This document shows, piece by piece, positions 48,147 to 57,460 of a stretch of 64,000 nt of DNA (its first letter is position 1; each line of letters opens with the position of its first letter). The notes below the pieces were generated by a model, which worked only from the letters and a program-made list of their open reading frames with translations, made no database searches and was not told where the DNA came from. The DNA is from Planctomycetota bacterium (lineage in GTDB: Bacteria > Planctomycetota > UBA11346): positions 61,139-125,138 of the forward strand of contig JBBRLJ010000007.1 of NCBI GenBank assembly GCA_038231435.1. The letters run 5' to 3'. The translations under genes were made by a program, and so were the position numbers.

Positions 48147-50249
48147 TCAGGTCGCGGCGGGAGCCCCGCTGACCATGCCGTTGCCGGCCGGCACCGCCGG
48201 CAAGCGCGCGCTGTGCGCGTAGTATCCATAGCTCGCGTCGCTGCGTCGCTCGCCGTTGAGCACCACGCCCAGGACCTTGTGGGTGAGCGGAGCGAGCCTG
48301 GCCAGAGCCGCGCGGATGTTCGCCTTGGTGGTGAAGTGGTCGCGGACCACCAGCACGATGCCATCGACGATCTCTCCGACCACCATGCCGTCGGCCACCG
48401 GTGCGAGCGGCGGGGAATCGAAGATCACGTAGTCGTAGGCTTGGCGCCAGGCGAAGACCAGTTCCTTCAGCTGAGGGCTGTGGAGCAGGTCGCCGGGATT
48501 GCGCGGACGCGCGCCGACGCCGAGGAAGTCCAGGCCGGGATACGCGGTCTGCACGACGCGCACGCCCTTCTCGCCTTCGAGCGCCGAGCTCAGGCCGCGA
48601 TCGCAGATCTCGCCCAGCTGCAGGTGCAGGGTCGGCTTGCGCATGTCCGCATCGACCAGGAGCACCTTGGCGCCGGTGGTGGACAGGCTGACCGCGAGTC
48701 GCGTCGCCACCGTCGACTTGCCTTCGTAAGGGCGGCTCGAGGTCACCATCAGGCAATGGCAGCCGGCTTCCTGGCGTTTCGAGAGGCGCACGGCGGCGCG
48801 CAGGTTGCGGTAAGCCTCGGCGAGGCTGTGCGGGCGTTCCGGGTCGCCGTTCTTCCCGAGGGGCGCGAGACGGGCGACCCGCGGCATCTTACCGAGCAGA
48901 GGCAGGCGGGTGAGCACTTGCGCCGAGAGCGCGCCGCGCACGCGGGTATCTAGGCTCTCGACGAGCAGAGGCACCGCGATGGCGGTGCAAATGCCGGCGA
49001 GCAGCGCCATGGCGAGGAATTTCATCGAGCTGATGTTGACCGGCTTGTTCTGGGCATGCGGCGGATCGACTACCGCGACTTCCTCGGCGTTGTTGATGTG
49101 GGTAGTCACTTCCTCCTCGCCCTGGCGCGTCAGCAGCAGCTCGTACAGGCCATTGCGGGACGCGGTCTGGCCCATGAGGGCTTGCAGCGCGGCGAGATTC
49201 TCGCGGTACGCCGAGAGCTCCTTCTCCTTCGCCGTGATGGTGGTCGCGACGTCTTGCTCCTGGAGGGCGAGCTTCTGATGATCGTACGCGATGCCGTCGC
49301 GCGCCATCGACACCGCTTCCGCGAGCAACTTGCGCTGCTGGGAGATCTGGCTGTTCAGCTCGAGGATGCGCGGGTGCTTCGCCAGGAATTTCTGGCTCAG
49401 CAGGCTCTCCTGGTTTTGCAACGCGTAGTACTGACGCTGCTGTTCGATCACCAGCGGGTTGGTGCGGATGGGCTCGATGCGTAGAAGTGCGTTGGTGCGC
49501 TCATCGCCCTCGGGCTGCTCCTCGGCCTTCTTGATCTGCGACATGAGCGCGTCGCTGCCCGCGATCTGTGCGTGCAGATCGGCCCGCTTGCCATTCAGAT
49601 TGGTGATCTCCTCGGAGAGGAAGTTGTGGTCGGCGTCGGTGCTGATGATGCCCTTCTCGGCGCGGTACTTCGACTCCTGGGCCCGCGATTCCTCGAGTCG
49701 CCGACCAGCCTCGACGACCTGGTCAGAGAGGAAGGTCAATGCCCCGCGCGAATGCTCGAGCTGGCGTGCGTGTTGGCTGTGCATGAACGCCGCGAGTACC
49801 GCGGTGAGCTGGCTCTCGGCCCTGGCGGCTTCCTCGTTCTTCAAGCCGACCGCGATCAGCCAATTGTCGCGGCTGGTGGTGACGACGATGCGATGCGAGA
49901 GCCTAGCGACCCGATCCGGAGTCTTCGCGTAGCCCGGGTCCTTGGCGAAGGCATCGTCCTGGACCGCGGTGGCCAGCACCGCCTGCGATAGCAGCAGGTC
50001 CTTCTGGGTGTTCAGCAGCCCGAACTCCACCTTGCCGGTATCGGGATCGATCTGCCACTGCACCGGCTTGTTGCCACGGTCCACTCCGAGCGCGGCGTGG
50101 GCCTCGAACAGCGGCGTGGTGCTGGTGGTGAATGCGAGGACCGCCAGCAGCGCCACCGTCCCGGAGATCGCGCTGAGCAAGGGCCGGCGCCGGATGAGAT
50201 CGATGAGATCCCCGAGGGTGAGCAATTTCGGGGCAGGACCGGTCGACAT
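48147..50249 (-). CDS. wzc: Polysaccharide co-polymerase / BY tyrosine kinase (Wzc/GumC)
   Basis: Two TM helices flanking a coiled coil; EAYRNLR, Walker A SSRPYEGKST, DADMRKP, FDSPP, C-terminal YGYY cluster. Confidence 0.9.
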   Translation of the reverse strand: MSTGPAPKLLTLGDLIDLIRRRPLLSAISGTVALLAVLAFTTSTTPLFEAHAALGVDRGNKPVQWQIDPDTGKVEFGLLNTQKDLLLSQAVLATAVQDDAFAKDPGYAKTPDRVARLSHRIVVTTSRDNWLIAVGLKNEEAARAESQLTAVLAAFMHSQHARQLEHSRGALTFLSDQVVEAGRRLEESRAQESKYRAEKGIISTDADHNFLSEEITNLNGKRADLHAQIAGSDALMSQIKKAEEQPEGDERTNALLRIEPIRTNPLVIEQQRQYYALQNQESLLSQKFLAKHPRILELNSQISQQRKLLAEAVSMARDGIAYDHQKLALQEQDVATTITAKEKELSAYRENLAALQALMGQTASRNGLYELLLTRQGEEEVTTHINNAEEVAVVDPPHAQNKPVNISSMKFLAMALLAGICTAIAVPLLVESLDTRVRGALSAQVLTRLPLLGKMPRVARLAPLGKNGDPERPHSLAEAYRNLRAAVRLSKRQEAGCHCLMVTSSRPYEGKSTVATRLAVSLSTTGAKVLLVDADMRKPTLHLQLGEICDRGLSSALEGEKGVRVVQTAYPGLDFLGVGARPRNPGDLLHSPQLKELVFAWRQAYDYVIFDSPPLAPVADGMVVGEIVDGIVLVVRDHFTTKANIRAALARLAPLTHKVLGVVLNGERRSDASYGYYAHSARLPAVPAGNGMVSGAPAAT

Positions 50250-50574
50250 GTGAGACTCCATCGCGTCATCGCGCCATCGCGGTCAGATCATGAGACGCCG
50301 GATAAGGCGGCCCGGAACGCTTGCAGGAAGATTGATCGATGGAGGGTGATTACAATCCAACAACCTTGTACTGTGAACGGCTTCCGGACCGCGAACCCTC
50401 GCGCCGCGTAGGCCCGCAGCGGCCGAGGTACCAAGGTGACAGCCGCCGGCGAACTCGTGGCAGCTAGCCGCGAGGCGCGCACGTGCCCACCTGAGCAACC
50501 TTGATGACAAATGCACTGAATGTCGATCGCGCTTGGCCGAGAATCCGCCACGGCCACGAGGCCAGGGGATTGGA

Positions 50575-51675
50575 ATGGACGCAGGAGCGCGGACGGCGTT
50601 GGTGGAACGGACTGCGGAGGACCGCGGTGCCGTGGCACTGTCGCGGGCATTGTTCGAGCGGCTGGACGCCTCGGGCATCGCCTGGTGCGTCGTCGGTGAC
50701 TCGTCCGAGCTCGCCGAGACCGTGCGCAGCGACATCGACATCGTCGTCGATCCGGCCGCCGTGCGGCTCATGCCGGCTCTGATCGACGACTTCGCCGTGA
50801 CCCAGGGGGTCAGCCTGGTGCAGGCCCTGCGCCACGAGGCGGTGGCGTGCTATTTTGCGCTCGCGTGGAGCGAAGCCGATGGCGGCATCGGTTTCCTGCA
50901 TCCCGACATCTGCGGCGATTGGTGGCGCAACGGGCGGCTTTTCCTGCCGGCGGACGAGGTGCTTGCCGGGCGGGTGCGCGCTCCTGGTGGCTTCTTCGTC
51001 CCGTCGCCAGCGCGCAACGCGTTGTACTACCTCCTCAAACGCATGAGCAAGGGCGTGCTCGACGAGCGCCATGGCGTGGTGATCGCCGCGGGCTGGAACG
51101 CAGAGCCGCGGCTCGCGCGCGACCTGGCTGAACGGCATTTCCCGGCGCATCGCGTGGCATTGCTCGCCGCCGCGTGCGCCTCGGGCGACTGGTCCCAGGT
51201 GCGCCAGCACATCGGCGCCTGGCACCGCGAGGTCGAGGGCCGCTTCATCGGTGGCGTCAAGCAGCGCCTGCTCGACGTCGCGCGCCGCTGCGCGCGTATC
51301 GCGCACCCGACCGGCGTGCTGGTGGAGGTTGGCGGAGCCGTCTCAGACGCCGACGCCGAGGCTTTCATCGAACGCTGGCGCCGGGCCTTCCGCCAGCACC
51401 GACGCTGGACACCGCGCGGGTTGCGCGATCGCGTGCGCCTGGCAGTAGCCCTACGCCGCTCGACCCTGGTGCTCGCCCACGCGCGGCGCGATCCACGCGC
51501 TTCCGGCCTGTCGCGCTCGGCCACGCGCATCGCCATCGCGTCGGCTTCGTGGAACGACGGATCGGCGGATCGCATCATGCTCGAAGCCTTGTCCCGCCGC
51601 ACACGCGCGCGCCTCGGCCTCGCCGCGCGGGCCCAGCAGACTCTGCCGGTCGGCGCGCTGGGCGAGGCGTCGTGA
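50575..51675 (+). CDS. Nucleotidyltransferase-like protein (DxD) with a degenerate kinase-like C-terminus
   Basis: Pol-beta-like VVGD..SDIDIVV and FLHPD; later PTGVLVEVGG where a P-loop would be expected. Confidence 0.6.
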   Translation: MDAGARTALVERTAEDRGAVALSRALFERLDASGIAWCVVGDSSELAETVRSDIDIVVDPAAVRLMPALIDDFAVTQGVSLVQALRHEAVACYFALAWSEADGGIGFLHPDICGDWWRNGRLFLPADEVLAGRVRAPGGFFVPSPARNALYYLLKRMSKGVLDERHGVVIAAGWNAEPRLARDLAERHFPAHRVALLAAACASGDWSQVRQHIGAWHREVEGRFIGGVKQRLLDVARRCARIAHPTGVLVEVGGAVSDADAEAFIERWRRAFRQHRRWTPRGLRDRVRLAVALRRSTLVLAHARRDPRASGLSRSATRIAIASASWNDGSADRIMLEALSRRTRARLGLAARAQQTLPVGALGEAS

Positions 51676-53180
51676 TTCCCGCCATGGCGCAACCCTCGTC
51701 CCACATCATCGATGCGACCGGCCGCCCAGCCGAGGCGCGCGTCCAGGTGTCACGCCTCGACCAGGTCACGTCGGGGTTTGCTGGCGATCGCCGTGAACGG
51801 CCGCGGTTGTTGGTGTCGGCCTATGCCTGCGATCCGACCCGGGGCAGCGAGCACGGGGTGGGCTGGAACTGGGCGCGCGAGCTCGCGCAACATGCCGAGG
51901 TGTGGGTGGCGACGCGCGAGAATCGCCGCCACGCGATCGAGGCGTGGGAAGCCGCCCATGGACCGATCGGCGTACACTGGGTGTTCCACGAATGCCCGCG
52001 CTGGCTGCTGTGGCTCAAGAAGCGCGGACTCGGCGTCCACGGCTACTACCACTGCTGGCAGCGGCTGCTGCTCCCCAAGGCACGCGCGCTGCACCGTGAG
52101 CTGCGCTTCGACGCGGCGTTCCATCTCACCATGAACGGCTTCCGCGAACCCGGCTACCTGTGGAAGCTCCCCTGCAGATTCCTGTGGGGCCCGATCGGGG
52201 GGCTGCAGGACGCCACCGGGAATTTCCTCGCGCTCGACGGCGCGCGCGCGCGCGCCGTCGAGCGCGTGCGCGGCGTGCTCAACCGCCTGATGGCGCGTTT
52301 CTCGCCGCGCCCGCGCGCCGCGCGCGCACGGGCCTCGCTGCTCCTTGCGGCCAATGGCGAATCCCTGGCGTGGGCGCGCGGCGGGCGCGCCGGCTCGCGC
52401 CACATCGCGCGCCTGCTCGAGGCTGGCGTCTCGGCGACCGTCGCGCGCACGGCGCCGCCGGACGGCGAATCGATCCTGTGGGTCGGCAGCGACGAGGCGC
52501 GCAAGAATCCGCGCTTCGCGCTCCTCGCCTTCGCGCTGCTGCGCCGCCTGCGGCCGGCCGCCACGTTGACCTTCGTCGGCCTCTCGACCGCTCGCCGCGC
52601 CGAGCTCGAATGCTGGGCACGGGAACAGCGCATCGCTTTCGACGGCGTGACCATCCACGCGCGCGTCCCACGCGCCGAGCTGGCGGCGTACTACTCGAGC
52701 GCAGCGATGTTCTGGTTCACCAGCTATCGCGACACCTCGGGCAATGTGCTGCTCGAGGCGCTGGCCCATGGCGCGCCCTGCATGGCGTTCGCGCACCAGG
52801 GTGCGGCGGACATGCTCGCCGATGGCGCCGGGGTGCTGGTCCCGCCGGGATCCCCGGACGCCATGCTGCGCCGATGGGTATCCGAGGCATCGCGCCTGCT
52901 CACGGACCGCCATGCCCTGTCCACTCTCGGCGCGCGTGGCGCGCGGCGGGTGGCCGACCGGTTCTCATGGTCGCGCAAGGCCGAGATGGTCGCCACGCAC
53001 CTGCGCGCGCGTGTGGCGGAGACCTCGGAGCTCCACGCTCGCCAGGGCTCACAGGGGCTCTCGACAAGGGGAGATCCGGTGGGAATTCCGATCAGAGCTC
53101 CGATGGCAGCATCGATGACGGCTCAGACGGCTGCGACCCTCGGAGCGTCGCCCCAAGCCGTCGCCGGAGCCATGGCATGA
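51672..53180 (+). CDS. Glycosyltransferase family 4
   Basis: SAYACDPTRGSEHGVGW N-motif; RKN; D-x7-E (RDTSGNVLLEALAHG). Confidence 0.88.
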   Translation: MIPAMAQPSSHIIDATGRPAEARVQVSRLDQVTSGFAGDRRERPRLLVSAYACDPTRGSEHGVGWNWARELAQHAEVWVATRENRRHAIEAWEAAHGPIGVHWVFHECPRWLLWLKKRGLGVHGYYHCWQRLLLPKARALHRELRFDAAFHLTMNGFREPGYLWKLPCRFLWGPIGGLQDATGNFLALDGARARAVERVRGVLNRLMARFSPRPRAARARASLLLAANGESLAWARGGRAGSRHIARLLEAGVSATVARTAPPDGESILWVGSDEARKNPRFALLAFALLRRLRPAATLTFVGLSTARRAELECWAREQRIAFDGVTIHARVPRAELAAYYSSAAMFWFTSYRDTSGNVLLEALAHGAPCMAFAHQGAADMLADGAGVLVPPGSPDAMLRRWVSEASRLLTDRHALSTLGARGARRVADRFSWSRKAEMVATHLRARVAETSELHARQGSQGLSTRGDPVGIPIRAPMAASMTAQTAATLGASPQAVAGAMA

Positions 53181-53851
53181 GCGCCGAAGCAGTCATCGAC
53201 GGGGTCCAGGTTCGGCCCGCGCGCGGGCGCGCGATCGCGTTCCTGGGCCCGGACGGGTCGGGCAAGAGCACGGTGATCGCCGGTCTGCGTGCCGAGCTGA
53301 CGCGGCGCGGCATCACCCATCAGTACCATCATCTGCAGGTCAAGCTGCGCACGAGCGGACCGGGCAGGATGGTGACGGATCCGCATGCACGGCCACCACG
53401 CGGCATGTTGATGAGCATCGCCAAGATCGCGCTGTTCTGGCTCAAGGCCTGGCCCGCCTGGCTGCTGGTGGTCTCGCCGGCGCGGCGGCGCGGCGAATGG
53501 ATCATCCTCGATCGCTGCTTCACCGATCTCCTGTGCGACACCCGGCGCTACCGCTATGGCGGGCCGCTCTGGCTGGCGCGGGCCGTGGATCGGCTGATGC
53601 CCCGGCCGGACGCGCTGGTGGTGCTGCACGGCCCGGCCGAGCTGATCCACGCGCGCAAGGCCGAGGTGGCGCTCGACGAGCTCGCACGCCAGCTCGAAGC
53701 CTACCGCGCGCTCGGCGCCGCTCGTGGCGCCTGCATCGTCGACGTTTCTCCTGAACCTGCGGCGGTCATCGCCGGATTGCTACCGCGGCTCGGGCTGGGC
53801 CTCGGGCAGGTCCTTGGGCAGGGAGATGCCGCGCTGGTGGAGAGCGCATGA
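53177..53851 (+). CDS. Thymidylate-kinase-like P-loop kinase (EPS-locus type)
   Basis: FLGPDGSGKST, ILDRC..D, PRPD..VVL, RK; ATGA overlaps at both ends. Confidence 0.8.
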   Translation: MSAEAVIDGVQVRPARGRAIAFLGPDGSGKSTVIAGLRAELTRRGITHQYHHLQVKLRTSGPGRMVTDPHARPPRGMLMSIAKIALFWLKAWPAWLLVVSPARRRGEWIILDRCFTDLLCDTRRYRYGGPLWLARAVDRLMPRPDALVVLHGPAELIHARKAEVALDELARQLEAYRALGAARGACIVDVSPEPAAVIAGLLPRLGLGLGQVLGQGDAALVESA

Positions 53852-54999
53852 GCGTCCCGCCGTTCTTCATGGAAGGCCGCGGCGGAGACGCGGGAGCCGA
53901 CAAATTGCTCCACCGCCTGGGCCATGCCGGCGAGGACCGCTGGTGGTACACGCGCGGCGCCGCCGAGGCGCTCGATCGCGGGCTCGCGGCGAGCCTCGGT
54001 CGCAAGTGGCCGCTGCACGCGCTGCGCGCGCGCATCGGCCGTTGGCGCGGCCGCGGCGATCCCGCCCATTGGGATGCGCGCGTCGCGGCCTTCCTGGGCG
54101 GCGCCGGCCTAGCCCCGCGCGAGCTGGTCGCGCAGCTGGGGACTCCCGGTCATTACCGCAAATTCGTCGTCACCCTGATCGGTGCCGGGGGGAAGACGTC
54201 GGCGATCCTCAAATGCAGCGTGGCACCCGCGAGCCGCGCCTCGATCAGGGCCGAGGCGGAAGCGCTCGCGGCGCTCTCCGGAGCCATCCCCGCCGCCTTG
54301 CCGAGCATGCTCGGTTCCGCCGAGATCGCCGGTAGGACCATGTCGCTGCAGACCCCGGTCGCGGGCACCAGGTCGCGGGGATGGTCGGACGCGCATCACC
54401 AGGTCTGCGTCGCCTTGTCGAGCATCCCGAGCCAGGGCACGTGGGGTTCGGCGTTGGCCAGGCGCGAGCGCGTGCGCGCGAGGCTCGCCGCCGCCTGCGC
54501 CGAGGGCGCGCGCATCTCGAGCGTCTGCGGGCGCCTGCTCGACCGCATCGACGGCGCGGCCGAGCGCCTGCCATTGGGCTGGGCGCATCGCGATTTCACT
54601 GCTTCCAACGTCTGGATCGATGGTGGCCGGCTCTCGATCATCGATTGGGAATGGGCTGACCCCGCGTGGGCACCGGGGCATGATCTCCTGCATTTCCACC
54701 TGCTTCCCTGGCTGCGCCGCGGCGAGGTCCCGGTGCGCGAGCTGGCGCGCCTGGCGATGCGCGGCCAGGCTCTCGACCGCTACGCGCGCGCGCTTGGCAT
54801 GGACGGTGATCCCTGGCTGCTCGCCTCGCTCTACCTGTACGAGCTGATCCTATTCTACGCCGACGCCGACGACTCAGGACCCGGCCGCCTGGGCCAGCAC
54901 CCGGTGATAGCCTCGGCCTGCGTGCTCGCGGACACCCTTCCCCAACGGCTCCATGCGCACCCGGTGCTGTCGGACAGTTCGCCACTGCGAACGCCGTGA
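53848..54999 (+). CDS. APH/choline-kinase-family phosphotransferase
   Basis: ILK..E, HRDFTASN, IIDWEWA, DLLHF. Confidence 0.8.
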   Translation: MSVPPFFMEGRGGDAGADKLLHRLGHAGEDRWWYTRGAAEALDRGLAASLGRKWPLHALRARIGRWRGRGDPAHWDARVAAFLGGAGLAPRELVAQLGTPGHYRKFVVTLIGAGGKTSAILKCSVAPASRASIRAEAEALAALSGAIPAALPSMLGSAEIAGRTMSLQTPVAGTRSRGWSDAHHQVCVALSSIPSQGTWGSALARRERVRARLAAACAEGARISSVCGRLLDRIDGAAERLPLGWAHRDFTASNVWIDGGRLSIIDWEWADPAWAPGHDLLHFHLLPWLRRGEVPVRELARLAMRGQALDRYARALGMDGDPWLLASLYLYELILFYADADDSGPGRLGQHPVIASACVLADTLPQRLHAHPVLSDSSPLRTP

Positions 55000-55129
55000 T
55001 CAGATGGGCGGCGCCCTGAGCGTCGCACGGCCCCGCGACCTCAGCGGGCATCAGCTGGCAGGCTCCTGAACCAGCTGACTGCCGGCCCACGTCGATGACG
55101 CCAGGCGGTACAGACTCCTCGCGAATGGC

Positions 55130-56476
55130 GTGTCCGTGCTGGAGCGGCCCGGTACAACGCCGGCAGCGCCCCGACAGGAAGGGCGTGGAGGAACATCGGT
55201 GCTCGTCGCGCAGCCCATCGTGTGGTTCAGGGAGCTGAGCATCCTGGGCACGCTCTTCGTCCTCGGCTACCTGGCCGGTGTCGCCGAGGTGGTGTCGTGG
55301 TCGTTCATCCACCGTGAACAACTCGGGATGCTGAAGTTCGTCCCTTTCGCGATGGTCGCATTCCCGGTGGTCGCAGCGGCATTCCTGAGCACGCCTATCG
55401 CCAGGCTCATGTGGTTGTCGGTGAAGCGCAACTGGCCATTGGCGTGCCTGTGTCTGTACATGTCCATCGGCGGGCTGTACACGCGCATCTCCCTCGGCTC
55501 ATCGGAATCGTTCTTCTCGCACTCGCTGGCGATGCTGACCTTCTTCTTCACCTGGACCTTCGCCACGCGCGTGGGCCCTGACCAGGTCGCAGTGCAGCTC
55601 CTACGCGCCACCGCCCCATTCTGGCTGGTGATGCTCGGCGTGGTCATGTACGGCTTCGCCACCGGCAGGCACATGGCGCACGAGATCATGTACGTCTTCA
55701 CGCCGCTGCCGCTGTTCTTCGGCCTGCGCTCGCGTTCGACCATGGTCAGGCTGTGCGCGTTCTTCGCCATCGTCGCCATCGCCGCGATGGGGCTCAAGAA
55801 CACCACGCTGATCATCGGCGCGCTGTCGGGATATCTCCTGTTCATCTTCAGCCAGGACGCCGTGCGCAAGGGCGAGCGTCCTCCGTTCAACCTGCGCGCC
55901 CTGTTCGTGTTCGTGGTATGCGCGGGGATCGCCTATTGGGGATGGTCGCAGCTGACCGCGAACGTGGCCGACTTCTCGAGCGGCAACACCGATTTCCGTA
56001 AATACAACTACCTGAAGCTCTGGCACAAGTTCCTCGGGTCGCCGATCTACGGCGACGAGTTCGTGGGCACGCCGAATCTGGTATTCGATCTCTACGAGAT
56101 CGACATCGGCACGCAGAACCTGCCCAGCCACAGCGACGTCCTCGATGTCCTTGCCCATGGCGGAATCATCGGCGCGTCGTTGCTGGCGCTATTCGTGGTG
56201 GGATTCGGCCGTTCGTTCATCGCCGCCTGCAAGATCAAGGTCAGCGATGAGGTCTACGCCGCGCGCGTGACGCTGTTCGCCATGTCGGCCGGCGCGCTGT
56301 TCACCATGACCAGCAATCCGGTGTGGGCAAACACCACCAATGCGTTCATGTTCTGGTCGATCCTCGGCCTTTGTCAGGCGCTGTGCAATCCGAAGCGCGA
56401 TCACGAGAGCGGGGGTTGGATGCATGGCGGCGTACCACGCGAGACCGAGGTCTCGGACGTGCGGGTGGCGGCATGA
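55130..56476 (+). CDS. O-antigen ligase/Wzy-like polymerase
   Basis: About 11-12 TM segments; periplasmic R..LW..G and SHSDVLDVLAHGGIIG (Wzy_C). Confidence 0.78.
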   Translation: MSVLERPGTTPAAPRQEGRGGTSVLVAQPIVWFRELSILGTLFVLGYLAGVAEVVSWSFIHREQLGMLKFVPFAMVAFPVVAAAFLSTPIARLMWLSVKRNWPLACLCLYMSIGGLYTRISLGSSESFFSHSLAMLTFFFTWTFATRVGPDQVAVQLLRATAPFWLVMLGVVMYGFATGRHMAHEIMYVFTPLPLFFGLRSRSTMVRLCAFFAIVAIAAMGLKNTTLIIGALSGYLLFIFSQDAVRKGERPPFNLRALFVFVVCAGIAYWGWSQLTANVADFSSGNTDFRKYNYLKLWHKFLGSPIYGDEFVGTPNLVFDLYEIDIGTQNLPSHSDVLDVLAHGGIIGASLLALFVVGFGRSFIAACKIKVSDEVYAARVTLFAMSAGALFTMTSNPVWANTTNAFMFWSILGLCQALCNPKRDHESGGWMHGGVPRETEVSDVRVAA

Positions 56477-57408
56477 ATCCTGCGAGCAGCGATCACGGCG
56501 GCGTTCATGGGGACAGTTCACGCGATAGGAGCCTCGGCATGGAATCGGCACCACTCTCGAAACCCCTGCTGACGGTGGTGACGCCGGTGTATAACGGCGA
56601 ACGCCACACCGCGCGCTGCCTCGAATCGGTGCGTACGCAATCCTACCCGCACATCGAGCATCTGGTCATCGACGGCGGCTCCTCCGACGGCACCGCGCGC
56701 ATCGTCCAGGCGGCCTGCGCGAAGTCCGACGAACGCACCAGCCCCGAGGGATCGACCCGTGGCCTCAGACTGGTGAGCGAGCGCGATGCCGGGGTCTACG
56801 ACGCCATGTCCAAGGGCGTCCGCCAAGCCCGCGGCGAATACGTGCACATCCTCAACTCCGACGACCGCTACGCGGACCCCGAGGCGCTCGCCGCCGCGGT
56901 GGCGCTGATGGAGGCCGAGCGCCTCGACATCTGCCATGGCCGGGCACGCCAGGTCGATGCCGACGGGCGACCGGTGTGCGAGTTCGGCCGCGACGTCGAT
57001 TTCCGCTCGCTGCTCAAGAAGATGCGCGTCGCCCATCCGACGGTGGTGGTGCGCCGTTCCGTCTACGAGCGTCATGGAGCATTCTCCATCGGCTTCCGCA
57101 TCGCCGCCGACCACGAATTCCTGCTGCGGGTGTGGAACAAGGCCAAGGTCGGATTCCTGCCGCGGATGCAGGTGCTGATGGAGATCGGCGGCCTCTCGAC
57201 GGTAAACGGCAACGTCCAGCGCGCCTACCGCGAATCCATGGGCGCCGCGATCATCCATGGCCGTAATCCGCTCGCCGCCGCGGCGCGCTGCAGCTACGAG
57301 ATCCTCAAGCACCGCCTCATCCGTTCGCGTGCATTCGCGGCCGGAAAGCCGCGCCTCCCCGCGGTGGGGACTGAGCTCGACCAGGGCTTGGCGCCGTCGG
57401 GACCGTGA
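56473..57408 (+). CDS. Glycosyltransferase family 2 (WcaE/WfgS-like)
   Basis: VVTPVYN, IDGGSSDGT, SERDAGVYDAM, LNSDD, AHP, AADHEF. Confidence 0.9.
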   Translation: MNPASSDHGGVHGDSSRDRSLGMESAPLSKPLLTVVTPVYNGERHTARCLESVRTQSYPHIEHLVIDGGSSDGTARIVQAACAKSDERTSPEGSTRGLRLVSERDAGVYDAMSKGVRQARGEYVHILNSDDRYADPEALAAAVALMEAERLDICHGRARQVDADGRPVCEFGRDVDFRSLLKKMRVAHPTVVVRRSVYERHGAFSIGFRIAADHEFLLRVWNKAKVGFLPRMQVLMEIGGLSTVNGNVQRAYRESMGAAIIHGRNPLAAAARCSYEILKHRLIRSRAFAAGKPRLPAVGTELDQGLAPSGP

Positions 57409-57460
57409 CGCCCTGGTGCTCGACCCGCGTCACCCGCGCCACCCGCGCTGCGAGACTCCA

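Noticed and set aside
53177..53851. Housekeeping thymidylate kinase (tmk)
   Set aside because: Lacks the EG.DG and REP motifs of canonical Tmk; EPS-operon context
53848..54999. Aminoglycoside resistance kinase
   Set aside because: Only the generic APH fold; translationally coupled within a polysaccharide operon
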